DNA of 64,000 nucleotides from an uncultured Chthonomonadaceae bacterium (GTDB lineage: Bacteria; Armatimonadota; Chthonomonadetes; Chthonomonadales; Chthonomonadaceae): NCBI GenBank assembly GCA_963835065.1, contig CAWIEK010000060.1, positions 32,001 through 96,000 of the forward strand. Direction: 5' to 3'. A program made the position numbers and the translations under genes. Shown one piece after another: positions 9,718 to 21,487 of the stretch; within the stretch, counting starts at the first letter, position 1; each line of letters opens with the position of its first letter. The notes beneath the pieces are model-generated. The model had not been told where the DNA came from, did no database searches, and saw only the letters and a list, made by a program, of their open reading frames with translations.

Positions 9718-12442
9718 TTACCTTCGGATGGTGAGCAGGACAGGCGGCGCGGCATTAGAGATGCCGCCTTCGGCCTGCGCTTGCAGGAGCAGGGGGCGGG
9801 TTTGGGGCTGCACCCAGGGTTCGCAGTGCAGCACGATCTGGCGCGTGGTTTCCGCTTCGGGCACGAGGATTCCGTTCAGGCCGATGTTTTGAACGCGGAC
9901 GCCGAAGGGCAGGTTGCGGATGTCAATCGGGACGCGCTTGTTGTAGCCGTTCTGCCGCGTGACGGTCAGTTCCAACGTGGCGTCGCTGCCCGGGTGCAGA
10001 ACCAACTCGCGGACATTGGAAACAACGCGCAGGCTTGGGTTGGGAACGAGGGTAATCCGGCGCGCGGGGTCGGGTTCCAGGGCGCGGGTCACGGTTTTGC
10101 CGCCGATTTGCGCTTCGGCCACAAGGCGAATCAGATTGCGGCGCGGTTGAAACGGCTGCGCCGGGGGAAGCGGAAATCAGCAGGGAAGCGCTTGTTTCTC
10201 CCGCTTCAATGGTCGTGCTTGTCGCGCTGAAACCGGGCGGCAAGCCTTCCAGCCGCATGGTAATCGGGCCGTCGAAACCGTCGTAACGCTCGCACTCCAC
10301 ATTAACGGGAAGCGCCCCCTCGTGGGGCACGGCAAAGGCGGGCGGGCTGAGGCTGAGTTTGAAGTCGGGGCGGGGCGCGTGGAGCGTCAGGCGGTATTTG
10401 TAATCCGGCCCGGCCTGACCTCGCGCATCCGATACGCGAACGAGGTAATCCCCGGTGGCGGGCGGGGTAAATTCCAGATAGCTGTCCTTGCCGTACAAAG
10501 GCCCGCCGTCATCGTTTTCATAAAACACGCGCATGACGGGCAGGCCGTTGGACGTGAACCGGGTTCCCGCCGGGTACGCCTGCACCTTGTACACCGATGC
10601 GCCGATGCTGTGAAATTCCGGCGTCGTGCCGAAATACGCAAGCCGCTGGCCGCGAAAAGCGCGCAATTGCGTATCATCATCGGGGCCTTTGGGCATGGCG
10701 ACAATGCGGGTCACTTCGCGGCCAATCAGCAGATAATCGTTCAAGCCGATTTCGTTGAAGGTCAGCAGGCGCAGGGCGGGAATGGCCGAGTCCCGTTCCG
10801 CCAGCGTCAGTTCCATTTGCGCGGTTGCCCGCAGCACCGCCCGCTCGACAGGCTTGCCCTGCGCGTCCAGAACCTCAATCTGCGAGTCTAAGGGCGATTT
10901 CATCCGCCGCGCGTTTACTTCCAGGCAAAGCGTTTGCCCCTTATCGGCATGAAAGCGGAACGTATGCGCGGGCGTACTTGTCGTTGCGCCCGCTTTGTCC
11001 AATATTCCCGCAATGGCGCAGGGAACCGGAACGCGCTGCTGTCCCGTTACAGCTTCGGGCGTCTGCGTTACACTGGTATCTACGGACGCAACGCTCATAT
11101 TGGCTGGCGCGACGGTTCCGGCCTGCCCCTGTTTCAACGCCGTATCTACTTCCGGGTTGATGAAATAGATGGCGGCGGATACGGGCGGCTGTGACGAGTT
11201 CAAAGCGTTGAGCGTTGAGCGTTGAGCGTTAAGAATGAAATTGATGGACGTGGACAGGGGCGCTTTACGCAAGACTCGAAGGATTTTGCCCGTGTTCGTG
11301 TCGTAAAGCGTGAGCGCGCCATCGTGGCAGGCAACTGCAAGCGTGTGGTCATCCGGGCTGATTGCCAATCCCTGCGGCCAATCGGTTTGCGCTGGAAACA
11401 TGCGCTGTTCCGCAAGCGTGTTTGCGTCCCACTGCTTGACGGTTTTATCCTCGCTCGCCGTGTACAACTTCTTGCCGTCCCGGCTGTAAACCACGCGCAA
11501 AACCGCCCCGTTGTGCGCAATCGCCGCACGCGCCAACGTGCCCCCACTTGCGGTCACATTCCACACGCGCAGGCTCTTGTCCGCGCCCGCCGCCGCAATC
11601 TGCCGCCCGCCCGGATGAAACGCAACGCTGTATAATTCCGCCGTTGAATCGTTGAGCGTGTACAGCCGCCTGCCCGTAAGCGCGTCCCACACCTTTACGG
11701 TACGGTCGCCCGCCGCGGAAGCCAGCCATTTCCCGTCTGGGCTGAACGCCACGCCATACACCGCGTCGGTATGGTCGCGGAGGAAGGAGGGGGAAGACAA
11801 GGATGAAGGATGAAGGATGAAGGATGAATCCTCTCCTTTTCTCCTTTTCTCCTTTTCTCCTTTTCTTCCTTCTGTTCCCTTCCCGACGTTCCACAGAATG
11901 ACGCTGTGATTGTAACAGGCTCCTGCAATCTGAGTGCCGTTGGGACTGTAGGCAAGGCTATACAGCGCGTCGCCCGCTCCCGAAATCGTGGAAATGGCAG
12001 GTGAATCGTGTTGTTTTGCTCCGGCAGGCTGTGCATTGCCACGTATTCGTTCCACCACGCTGCTGATACCGGCGTTGCCATGCGCAATCGCGTACTCCTG
12101 ACCGTTGGGAGAATACGCCAGTGCGGAGCAGACTTGCCCGCCGGACAAGGCGCGCGTTTGCAGCCGAACCCCGGTATGCGCGTCGAACGTTTGCGCCCCG
12201 CCCGCGCCACACGCCACAACACGTCTTCCATCCGGGCTGAACGCAACCGTCGTCAGTGACGCTGACGCGCGTATGGGAGCCGGAACGCCACTCCGCGCCA
12301 ATTCCCGCGTTTTCACTTTCCCTGCGCCCTGTTGTCCCATCGTTGCGGAACAAAGCGACATTGCAAGCGCTGTCCAACTCAGTACGCGAACGGGTACACT
12401 CTTATACAAGCCGGTACATTCCATCAATTTTTTTCCTGCCAC
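9718..12442 (-). CDS. WD40-repeat plus pre-peptidase-C (PPC)-like domain protein, frameshift near 10130
   Basis: Repeated HTDAVYGVAFSPDG..D.TVKVWD; DGGPLYGKDSYLEFTPPATGDYLVRVSD; C-terminal part continues in ORF 9718-10122. Confidence 0.8.
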
Positions 12443-12453
12443 GAGGTTCTAAA

Positions 12454-14241
12454 ATGCGTTTTCAACGACAATCCTGCATATTCATTTTGTTTGCCTGCTT
12501 TGGCGTGCTGTTGAGTTCCTGTCCGGGGCGAGCGGACGTGATGATGCAAGGCTTCTATTGGGATGTGCCCTCGCCGCAGACCGGACAGGCCAATGCGCCC
12601 TGGTGGTGGGACCATCTGGCGGAACAGGCGCGGGATTTGCGGATGGCGGGCTTCACGTCGCTGTGGATTCCGCCTGTTATCAAGGGCGCGAACGCGCGCT
12701 ACTCCGTCGGCTACGACCCGTTTGATGATTATGACATTGGGAGTAAAAATCAACACGGGTATGTCTCCTCGCGCTATGGAACGCGGGAACAGTTGGAGCG
12801 CTGCATGGCCGTGCTGCGCGCCAATGGCCTGAGCGTAATCGTAGACCTTGTGGAAAACCACCGCGACGGCGACACCAACCTGTTCTTCCACTACAAAAAC
12901 GCATTGGGACAGCCGGACGGCGGGCGCTTCGCCAAAACGCCGGATGATTTTCATCACGAAGGCATTGCGCAGGACCCCGATGTACCCGAAGAAACCGGCA
13001 AGCAGATCGGCATGTTCGGCCCCGACATCGCCCACGTCAACGGCAAGAACAAGCATATGTTCAACGGCCTGATTGACGCGGGGGACTGGCTGACGCGCGC
13101 TCTGGACGCGCAGGGTTATCGGCTGGATTACGTGAAAGGTATTTCTACGGATTGGCTATTGCCGTTCCTCAACGCCAAAGCCATGCGCGGCAAATTCGCG
13201 GTAGGCGAGTTTTACGACGGCAATCTGGACAAAGTGACGCATTGGGTCAGTGACAGCATGAAGGGACGGGCAAGCGCGTTCGATTTTCCATTGCGCGGCC
13301 TGCTCAAGCAAATGTGCGACCAGAATGGCGCGTTCGATATGCGCCGATTGGATCACGCCGGGCTTGCCGGACGAGACGCGCCCCACGCCGTTACCTTTGT
13401 GGAAAACCACGACACCGACCACGAGCAGGGCAATCAAATCATTCGCGGCAAAATGCTGGCCTACGCTTACATTCTGACAAGCGAGGGACTGCCCACCGTA
13501 TTCTACCGCGATTACAGCATGGATGCAGGCTGCTACCGCCTCAAGCCCCTGCTCGACAAACTGATTGCCGTCCATGAAACATTCGCGTCCGGCGTAACGC
13601 AGCAGCGCTGGAAAGATGAGGATGTGTTTGCTTACGAGCGCATGGGCGGATCGCACCTGCTGACCGCGCTCAACGACAATCCCAACGCGCCGCGCAAGAT
13701 TACCGTAGATACGGGCTTCGCTCCCAATCAATTACTGCATGATTATGCCGATCACGCGCCCGACGTTCGCGCCGATGCGCGGGGCAAAGTGACGCTTACA
13801 GTTCCCGCCAATCAGGATGGAAGCGGCTACGTCTGCTACGCCCCCGCTGTCCGCTACCGCCGCTCTGCTCCCCGTTCCTACAGCGTGACGCAGGATTACG
13901 AGGGCGCGATGGATTTAGATATTCCTCCCGCAGACACAGCCCACGCCGTCACCATCTGCCGTATCTGGGCCGCGAAGGGCAAGCCTATTCGCGCCGCCCT
14001 GTCCTTCGATACAACAGGAAGCGCGTCTGAAACGCGCCTGTCCCTGCAAGTGCAAGGCCCCGACAACGCCCTGCCCCTTGTATGCAGCTACACCCCCGCC
14101 ACATCGGGAACCGCGTGGAATGTGGTTGCCGCGTCAACCGGCTGGCACACGTTCACCGTTTCCGCATCCGACACCGCTCCTGCCAATCCCCACCCCTCCT
14201 ACCGCCTCCGCGTCACCTACACCGCGCCGCCGACGCTTTAG
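12454..14241 (+). CDS. Alpha-amylase (GH13), secreted
   Basis: VMMQGFYW, GYDPFD, GYRLDYVKG (nucleophile), GEFYD, VTFVENHDTD. Confidence 0.92.
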   Translation: MRFQRQSCIFILFACFGVLLSSCPGRADVMMQGFYWDVPSPQTGQANAPWWWDHLAEQARDLRMAGFTSLWIPPVIKGANARYSVGYDPFDDYDIGSKNQHGYVSSRYGTREQLERCMAVLRANGLSVIVDLVENHRDGDTNLFFHYKNALGQPDGGRFAKTPDDFHHEGIAQDPDVPEETGKQIGMFGPDIAHVNGKNKHMFNGLIDAGDWLTRALDAQGYRLDYVKGISTDWLLPFLNAKAMRGKFAVGEFYDGNLDKVTHWVSDSMKGRASAFDFPLRGLLKQMCDQNGAFDMRRLDHAGLAGRDAPHAVTFVENHDTDHEQGNQIIRGKMLAYAYILTSEGLPTVFYRDYSMDAGCYRLKPLLDKLIAVHETFASGVTQQRWKDEDVFAYERMGGSHLLTALNDNPNAPRKITVDTGFAPNQLLHDYADHAPDVRADARGKVTLTVPANQDGSGYVCYAPAVRYRRSAPRSYSVTQDYEGAMDLDIPPADTAHAVTICRIWAAKGKPIRAALSFDTTGSASETRLSLQVQGPDNALPLVCSYTPATSGTAWNVVAASTGWHTFTVSASDTAPANPHPSYRLRVTYTAPPTL

Positions 14242-14397
14242 GGAAGACAGGGAGAGGAGGAGAAGAGGAGAGAGGGAGACAACAACGCGAAGACACACAA
14301 AAACGGCAGGGAAAGGAGCAGAAAGGCATGACAGAAAAACCACAGGAAGCCGTTGCCTCTTTTTGAGAAGTGTACAACATTGCGCTGCTGATTTGCA

Positions 14398-14437
14398 AGG
14401 GGAGGGCGTCAAGGCATTGACGCCCTCCCCTGCTTTG
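14398..14437. terminator. Strong hairpin between convergent genes (likely bidirectional terminator)
   Basis: AGGGGAGGGCGTCAA-GGCA-TTGACGCCCTCCCCT, perfect 15-bp stem. Confidence 0.75.
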
Positions 14438-14461
14438 TTACCGTTCTGCCTTGACAGGGTA

Positions 14462-16213
14462 CTAAATCCCCTTGACAATCACGGGTTTTTGGCCCCAGTA
14501 CACATCTATCCAGCCGTAGATCGGGAAGGGCTGGCTGTTGTCAAGCGAGCCGATGGATACGCCGGGATGAAGCGCCGACAACTCGGACGTGGTGATGTGG
14601 CTGTCCGTAGCGCTTTGCGGATGCGGCGGGTCGTAACTGTCCGTCAGCATCGAGCGCAAGAGCGCAATATCCGCGCCGGGGTCCACAATCGCTGCCAGGC
14701 CTCTGATGGCATCCACTTCCCAGGGGGATATTCCCCCCTGCGCCGCTAAATCCGTGATATTGAGTTCCCTGTCATGGCGCGGCGGCAGCGGCGGCGGCTG
14801 ATACGCGCCGCCATCCAGGGTGATCGTGACCTGAACAGCGTTATTGCCCACCGGACTCAAGGAAATGGAAACGCCGGTTCGGACAGTGAAGTGATACTGC
14901 ACGAACACTTCCGAGAGCGCCGTTATTCCGCCAAGGGGTCCCGATTGAGCCGGGGGGCGCAGCACGTAGGTCATCGTGTGGATGCCCGCGCTGAAAGGCC
15001 GGGGCATGATGTTCGGATGCGCTTCAATCCGAAGGGAGCCAAGAAACGGAATGGGAATTGCCGCCTTTTCGAGTTCGTTTTTCAGGTGCTTACGGAGGGG
15101 GTATTGATCCACCGTGAATGTCTGGGCGACCAGATACGGGCGTCCAATTAGAGTCGAGTGCGTCTTCTTGTCCGGCGTAATCGCCGCTCTTGCCAGCAGC
15201 AGCGGCGGGTGAATTTCCGCGTGGAAATCCTCGTGGCCGCAGTCTATAATCCAGCGCCCCAGAACCGCGATGCGGTCGCCGTCGGCAGGCTGATAAGCGG
15301 GAGGAATGAACGCGGCATCCCATTCGATTCCCATCACGCCCGCAGGAACAGCAAGATGTAAATCATTGCTGGCGTGGATGGCCGCTGCGCCATAATCCTC
15401 CGCGCCGGAACCGCCCTTATTGGACGGAGCCAGCAGGGATTGGTATGGCGGGTCGGGGGCGACGTAACACTCCCAATCATTGCCGAACGGATGCGAAAAC
15501 GGCAGGTCGTTCCCGGATAATTGCGGCAGCAGCGTCGTGCCTGTCAGTCCCACAAGCGGGCTGTCAAAATCCACCATGCGCGCAGCCGAGGTATCCGTCA
15601 CCTGCGTCCATTCGTAGGGTGGCGAGTCATTTGCCAGAAACCGATTGTTCAGGCAGACGTTGTTGGCCCACTCCGGCGAATTGGAATGGGTGGGATTGGC
15701 AAAGCTGGCCGTCAGGATGTATTCCGGCGCGACCACAACGGCGGGAGCGTTTGGCGAAACCACCGACAGGCTGACCCAGGCGGCTCCCTGTCCCTTGCAC
15801 TGGTCGCCCGTGCCATCGTCGTGCGCCGTGTAACCGTTGTCGCCGTAGCCATCATCCTCGTAGCCAAGGGCCAGGGTAAGGTTCGCGGGGTTAGCGTTGG
15901 TTGGAATCGTTACCGTGTGGTTGATGACGGTGTTGATCCGCACCAGGCTGGAATGGACGCCGGGAATTTGTATCAATCCGTGATACAGCCGATCCGCGTT
16001 CGGCCCCTGCGGATCAACGTAGCGCTTCCATGTTTTGCCGTGCCCGCCGGTCTGAACGCATCCGCCCGCCGTAATCGTGATCTGGTCGCCGGGCAGAAAA
16101 CGGATGGAGGGATACTCCGTTCGCGCCTGCTTGACGTTCGGGCTGTCAATGCGCCACACTTTTGTATGGGGAGGGATTATTTGATCTGAAATTATGTCGA
16201 ATGTTTCCGCCAT
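14462..16213 (-). CDS. Hypothetical multidomain protein
   Basis: 583-aa ORF with GGAG RBS; beta-rich N-terminus; GRWIIDCGH..HAEIHPP motif. Confidence 0.75.
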   Translation of the reverse strand: MAETFDIISDQIIPPHTKVWRIDSPNVKQARTEYPSIRFLPGDQITITAGGCVQTGGHGKTWKRYVDPQGPNADRLYHGLIQIPGVHSSLVRINTVINHTVTIPTNANPANLTLALGYEDDGYGDNGYTAHDDGTGDQCKGQGAAWVSLSVVSPNAPAVVVAPEYILTASFANPTHSNSPEWANNVCLNNRFLANDSPPYEWTQVTDTSAARMVDFDSPLVGLTGTTLLPQLSGNDLPFSHPFGNDWECYVAPDPPYQSLLAPSNKGGSGAEDYGAAAIHASNDLHLAVPAGVMGIEWDAAFIPPAYQPADGDRIAVLGRWIIDCGHEDFHAEIHPPLLLARAAITPDKKTHSTLIGRPYLVAQTFTVDQYPLRKHLKNELEKAAIPIPFLGSLRIEAHPNIMPRPFSAGIHTMTYVLRPPAQSGPLGGITALSEVFVQYHFTVRTGVSISLSPVGNNAVQVTITLDGGAYQPPPLPPRHDRELNITDLAAQGGISPWEVDAIRGLAAIVDPGADIALLRSMLTDSYDPPHPQSATDSHITTSELSALHPGVSIGSLDNSQPFPIYGWIDVYWGQKPVIVKGI

Positions 16214-16321
16214 GTCACTTCTCCTTTTCCTTCTTCAATAAACGCCAAAGGCGACGGGTCGAATTGACCGAAACCGGCTTTGCGCTGCGCCACAACTCTC
16301 ATAGATGCTGCACTGCTGCCG

Positions 16322-17287
16322 TTATTGCCGGGATGGGTGCGCGTTTGCTTCAACGACGCGAAAACTTTCCAGCGGCGTCGCTTCCTCTGCCCGGCAGTTC
16401 TGCCGAAAACTGCGCTCCGGGCGCGTTTCATGGCAGACCGTAAGGGTGTGCCGTAACCCGCGCTCCGTTTCCTCGAATTCTACGCGGCTTACCTCCTCTC
16501 CACTTCGCTCCATGCCAACCAGCGTCAGCGCGTCGAGTTGGTTTTCCCGCAATCGCCGCCGCAGAAACGCTTCCGCCGCCTGAACCGCTTTCGGATAGCA
16601 GGTTCGCCCGCGCAATCGTTCCGTCAGAATCTCGTTTCGCCGGTACGCTTCTATGAGGCCGCGCCCCTCGCCGCTTTGAAGGCGTCCGTAACAAAGGCCA
16701 TGCGGGAAACAAAGCGCGTTGGGCGCGAAGCGGTCGCCGCCGATGTGCGAACATTGCCAGACTTCTGCGGGCGCAAACGCCGCCATCTCTTTGTAGATGG
16801 GAAAGCCGAACTTGGCGCAGCATAAATCGCGCTTGCCGTTCAAACACACCAGGAACAGTCGTTCATGCGTTCTGAACTCGTGGCAGGCCGCGCTGTCGCC
16901 GACAAGAGCAGGCAGGTCGAGCGGCAGCAGGTCTTCGTAACCGTCAAGGTGAAAAACGTACATGCGCGGATGCTGCGCGTGATTGATAACCACATAAACG
17001 CGGCGCGTACCGGAGTGACGTTTGTTCTGCTTGATGAACTGCAGGCGAAAGCGCGGCAGACACGCGCTCTGCTCTTGCAGCCACGCATTGACCGCAGCCG
17101 ACAGCAGATTGTCCGCCTGTATTTTGGCGCTCCAGGGCTGAGTGTATTCCAGAAGCAGCCAGACATCCACGCGATTGGCCGTGCCTGCCAGCGGTTCTCC
17201 CTGCGCCAATGAGAGCAGGGAACAAAAGCGGGTGTCTGTTGGCAATGAATTTGCGTCCGAAAAGGAATTTGCGTCCGAATGTGTCAC
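16322..17287 (-). CDS. Sucrase/ferredoxin-like (thioredoxin-fold 2Fe-2S) protein
   Basis: WLLLEYTQPW, LVCLNGKRDLCCAKFG, WQCSHIGGDRFAPN. Confidence 0.85.
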   Translation of the reverse strand: MTHSDANSFSDANSLPTDTRFCSLLSLAQGEPLAGTANRVDVWLLLEYTQPWSAKIQADNLLSAAVNAWLQEQSACLPRFRLQFIKQNKRHSGTRRVYVVINHAQHPRMYVFHLDGYEDLLPLDLPALVGDSAACHEFRTHERLFLVCLNGKRDLCCAKFGFPIYKEMAAFAPAEVWQCSHIGGDRFAPNALCFPHGLCYGRLQSGEGRGLIEAYRRNEILTERLRGRTCYPKAVQAAEAFLRRRLRENQLDALTLVGMERSGEEVSRVEFEETERGLRHTLTVCHETRPERSFRQNCRAEEATPLESFRVVEANAHPSRQ

Positions 17288-17332
17288 GACAACTCCCCGC
17301 CAGGGCGTTTTTACACAGTGGCATAAGGCTAA

Positions 17333-17905
17333 TCAGTCAATACGAAATGCTGCCAGGCAGCCCAGAAGCAGACACATAGCGATGGCGGCATAGCGCAGGC
17401 CCCGGCGCGGCAAACGCCGTCCCAGCGTTAAGCCGAGCGTGAGCGCCAGCGCTCCTTTTGTCGTCATGGCAAGCGTCGCGCCACACCAGACGGTGAGAGG
17501 CGCATGATACCGGGCGGCCAGCGTCGCCGCCGCGATTTGTCCCGCGTCTCCCCATTCGGTGAAAAAGATGGCGGAAAAGGCCGCCAATGCCGCCGTTCCC
17601 CAATGTCGGGGCGCTTCCCTGACTTCTTCTTCCTCTTTCTCCCGGCGCAGCCACAAGACCAGCGCCATCAGAAAGAACGTGGCCGCGCTGATACCGGCGA
17701 CTAGCGGCGCGGGCAGATGCGCGATCAAATCGCCGAAGCCCACGGCAACGCCCATTTTAATCATGAACGCCACCAGTAATCCCAGGAAAACCGGCGCGGC
17801 GCGATAACGGGTCGCCAGGACGCAGACGGAGCAAAGAGTCTTGTCGCCAAGCATTTCCGTAGCGAAAATGATGCTGTATGCGGTAACAAACAGCGAAAAG
17901 TTCAT
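17333..17905 (-). CDS. TMEM165/GDT1 (UPF0016) Mn/Ca transporter
   Basis: Two E-x-G-D motifs (TEMLGDKT, FFTEWGDAGQ) in a hydrophobic protein. Confidence 0.85.
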   Translation of the reverse strand: MNFSLFVTAYSIIFATEMLGDKTLCSVCVLATRYRAAPVFLGLLVAFMIKMGVAVGFGDLIAHLPAPLVAGISAATFFLMALVLWLRREKEEEEVREAPRHWGTAALAAFSAIFFTEWGDAGQIAAATLAARYHAPLTVWCGATLAMTTKGALALTLGLTLGRRLPRRGLRYAAIAMCLLLGCLAAFRID

Positions 17906-17978
17906 GCCATTCCTATCTCATGTTGAATGTTTGCTGAGTGTTCTCAGAGTTCGTAAAAGAACAAGTTCCCGCATACCG

Positions 17979-18051
17979 GTAGGGGCGCTGCTTGCCGCGC
18001 CCAAAATGCTTGCCACGCCCAAATTGGCCGGTAGGGGCGCTGCTTGCGCGG
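17979..18051. repeat. Two GTAG-type REP copies
   Basis: GTAGGGGCGCTGCTTGCCGCGCCC at 17979 and a near copy at 18031. Confidence 0.7.
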
Positions 18052-18183
18052 CATCTGCGTGGCTGTCCGTCCCGCAGCAGAGGACACGGGGAGAGTATCG
18101 CCGCTTGCCGTGTACAAAAACGTGTACAAAAGGAAGGAAAAGCGCGTACGGGGCGGGAATTGGAGCGTGTGGAAAACGAAAAC

Positions 18184-21100
18184 ATGGAAAACGAGAACGG
18201 CGACGCGTCTGAGTGCAGGCTGCAAGCGCAATTGTTTGGTTCCTTTGACGCGCGGATCAATGGCGTACCCATCCCTCCGCTGCGCTCCCGGAAAGTGCAA
18301 TGGCTACTGGCTTTGCTCCTCCTGCGTCACGGCCAGGCTCTGGATCGGGTCTGGCTGGCGGGCACGCTCTGGCCGGAAAGCGCGCCCGGCCAGGCTTTGT
18401 ACAACTTGCGCCAGAGCCTGAGCAACTTACGTCGCGCGTTCGGCAAGGCCGGGCAATGTTTTCATGCCCCGATGGTAAACGCCCTGGCTCTGGACATCCC
18501 CGAGGCGACGGTAGATGTCATTTCCTTCGATGCTGCCATCGCAGCCGGGAAAAAGGCCGATCTGGAACGCGCCATCGCGCTGTATCGCGGCCCCCTGCTC
18601 GAAGGCTGCGCGGAAGAATGGGTGACGGGGGAGCGGCGCGTCCGCGAGGAGAATTACCTGAGCGCCTTGCATAAACTGGGGGAGATGGCTTCTGTCGGTG
18701 GCGACGGCAGCGCGGCTATAAAGTATTTTCGGATGGCGGTTCAGGCCGACCCTTTCCGCGAAACCGCGCAGCGCGCTTTGATACAAGCCCTGGCTTCTGT
18801 CGGCGATTACGGCGCGGCGGCGCAAGCCTATCGAGATCTGCGGCTCCTGCTGCGCCGTGAACTGAACACCGATCCCGACCCCGAAACGATAGCCTTGTTT
18901 CAGCGCCTGCGCAGCCAGGCGCGGCATCAGACACAACCTCGTCCTCCCCTGCCGGACGTTCCCCGCCCCTCTTCCCCGCGCCGTCTGCCCTCGCCGTTGA
19001 CAACGCTGGTAGGCAGAAAATCGGAAATGGAGCAGGCTGTTGCGATGCTGCGAATCGCGCGCCTGCTCACCCTGACGGGGCCGGGCGGCGTCGGCAAAAC
19101 CCGCCTGGCGATTGCAGCCGCCAATGAGATAGCGGAAGAGTACCCGGAGGGCGTCTGCTTTGTGGACCTCGCGCCGCTTTCCAATCCCGATTTGATCGCC
19201 CGAACCGTCGGAGTGGCGCTGCAAGTACGCGAAGAGCCGGGCCGCTCGCCCTGGGCAACGCTGCTGGACTATCTGCAATCGAAAACGCTGCTGCTGCTGA
19301 TGGACAACTGTGAGCATCTTCTGGAGGATTGCGCGCGCCTTGTGGACGACCTGCTGAAAAACTGTCCCGGAGTAAGCGTCCTTGCTACCAGTCGGCAAGC
19401 CCTGGGACTGACGGGCGAGACAGGATGGGCCGTGCCGCCGCTAACCCTGCCGATGCTCACTCGTTTTGCCCCGGCCGGCAAGCCTGCGTACAAAGATTGG
19501 CTGTCGCTGTTGAGCGAATATGAAGCCATTCAGCTTTTTGTGATACGGGCGCAGCAGGCGCTGCCCACCTTCCAAATGTCGGCGCACAATGCCGGAGACG
19601 GTCGCGCAAATCTGCGTTCATCTCGACGGAATACCCCTTGCCCTCGAACTTGCCGCCGCCCGCGTGGTCTCGCTTTCCGTCGAGGAAATCAACAGCAGAC
19701 TCAACAACCGCTTTCGCCTGCTGACCCGAGGCAGCCGCGCCGCTCTGCCCCGTCAGCAGACGCTTCGCGCCCTGATGGACTGGTCTTACGATCTGCTTAA
19801 CGACGAGGAAAAGGCGTTGCTGTGCCGTCTTTCGGTGTTCGCGGACGGCTGGACGCTGCAAGCCGCTGCAGAGGTTTGTACGGAGGAAAGCCTTGCAGGA
19901 GGCGAAGCCTTTGTAGCCTGGGAAACGCTGGACCTGCTGACCTCCCTGGCAGATAAAAGCCTGGTCATGGCTGCGTCGGAAGCCAGTCAGACGCGCTATC
20001 GGCTGCTGGAAACTGTGCGGCAGTATGCGCGCGACCGGCTGGCGGAAAGTGGGAACGACGGCAGGTGGCGCGCGGCGCATTGTCATTACTTCCTGCGTAT
20101 GGCGGAGGAGGCAGCCGGGAAACTCAAGGGGCCGGATCAAGTTCTTTGGCTGCAGCGTCTGGAAACCGAACATGACAACCTGCGCGCGGCCCTGGACTTT
20201 TGTTTGAACGCCTCAGAGGGCGCGACAATCGGGATTGCAGTTGGCCGGGAATTTGCAGCAGTTCTGGTGGATACGCGGACATTGGAGCGAAGGCCGAAAC
20301 CGCCTGGAAGCAGCGTTGAACCGGCCGGAAGCGCAGGAAGCGACAGAAGCGCGCGCCCGCGCGTTGCTTGGGGCGGGATCGTTAGCCTGGATGCAGGGCG
20401 ACTATGCTTCCGCGCGTTCTTTTTATGAAGCCGCCCTGACTCTGGGGCGAAAACTGGAAAACAGGAACGTCATTGCCGGTTCCCTGGGCAATCTGGGCAC
20501 TGTGGCGACTCTGCAAAGCGACTATGCCGTCGCGCGTTCTTGCTTTGAGGAGAGCCTGGCAATCAAACGCGAGTTGGGAGACAGGCGGGACATTTCTAAT
20601 ACCCTGGTCGGTTTGGGCACGGTGGCTATGGAGCAAGGCGATTATGAGTCCGCGCGCTTGCTCGGTAAGGAAAGCCTGGCGTTGGGGCGGGAACTGGAAG
20701 ATAAGGAGAGGATTGCCAGGTCTTTGATTAACCTGGCAAATGTGGCGATGCTGCAAAGCGACTATGCCACCGCGCGGTTGCTTTTTGAGGAAAGCCTGGC
20801 AATCAAACGCGAGCTAGGAGACAAGCGGGGTATTGCCAATGTGCTGAACGGTTTGGGAAACGTGGCGAAGGAGCAGGGAAGTCACGGCGTGGCGCGTTCT
20901 CTCTATGAAGAGAGTCTGGCGCTGCAAAGAGAATTAGGAGACAGGGAAGGGTTGTCCGTCTCGCTGTGCAGCCTGGGGTTTTTGCTGGGCAGGCAGGAGG
21001 ATTATTCTGCCGCGCAGGAGTGTCTGAAAGAGTGTCTTGGCATCTGTCGAGAATTAGACAAAAAACGCATGACAGCCTACGCCCTGGAAGGCTGTGCGGA

Positions 21101-21353
21101 ACTGGCGTACCGGCAGCAGCAGACGGCGCGGGCTGCCCGTTGCTACGGAGCGGCAAACGCTTTGCGCAAAACTATCGGCGCTTCGCTGCTGCCCAACGAG
21201 CGTCAGGAGCAGGAGCGCTATGTGGCTGCGTTGCGGGAAGCGGCAGGGGAGGACATATTTTCGGCGGCATGGGCAGAAGGACAAGCCATGACGCTGGAAC
21301 AGGCAATGGCCTGCGCATTATCAGAATGCAGCGCCGGGTTCGACCCTCTTTGA
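18184..21353 (+). CDS. AfsR/SARP-type regulator: wHTH-BTAD + NB-ARC ATPase + TPR, with frameshifts near 19590 and 20230
   Basis: ALYRGPLL, DPFRETAQRALIQ (BTAD); LTGPGGVGKTRLA, LLMDNCEHL, LDGIPLALELAA, PRQQTLRALMDWSY; TPR repeats; three overlapping ORFs. Confidence 0.88.
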
Positions 21354-21487
21354 ACTGCCGTTCCCCAACCCGGCAGTAGGCGCTGCTCATCAGTATCCGT
21401 GTTAGCCGTACCGGATTCCCGCCCCTCTCCTGCCAGGTTGGCAAAGAGGGGCGAGAGCCGCCATCCTTTTGTCGGACGCGCCTCCTA

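Noticed and set aside
17906..18180. yybP-ykoY manganese riboswitch upstream of the TMEM165/GDT1 gene
   Set aside because: Expected from context, but I see no matching consensus; the region holds REP-like repeats
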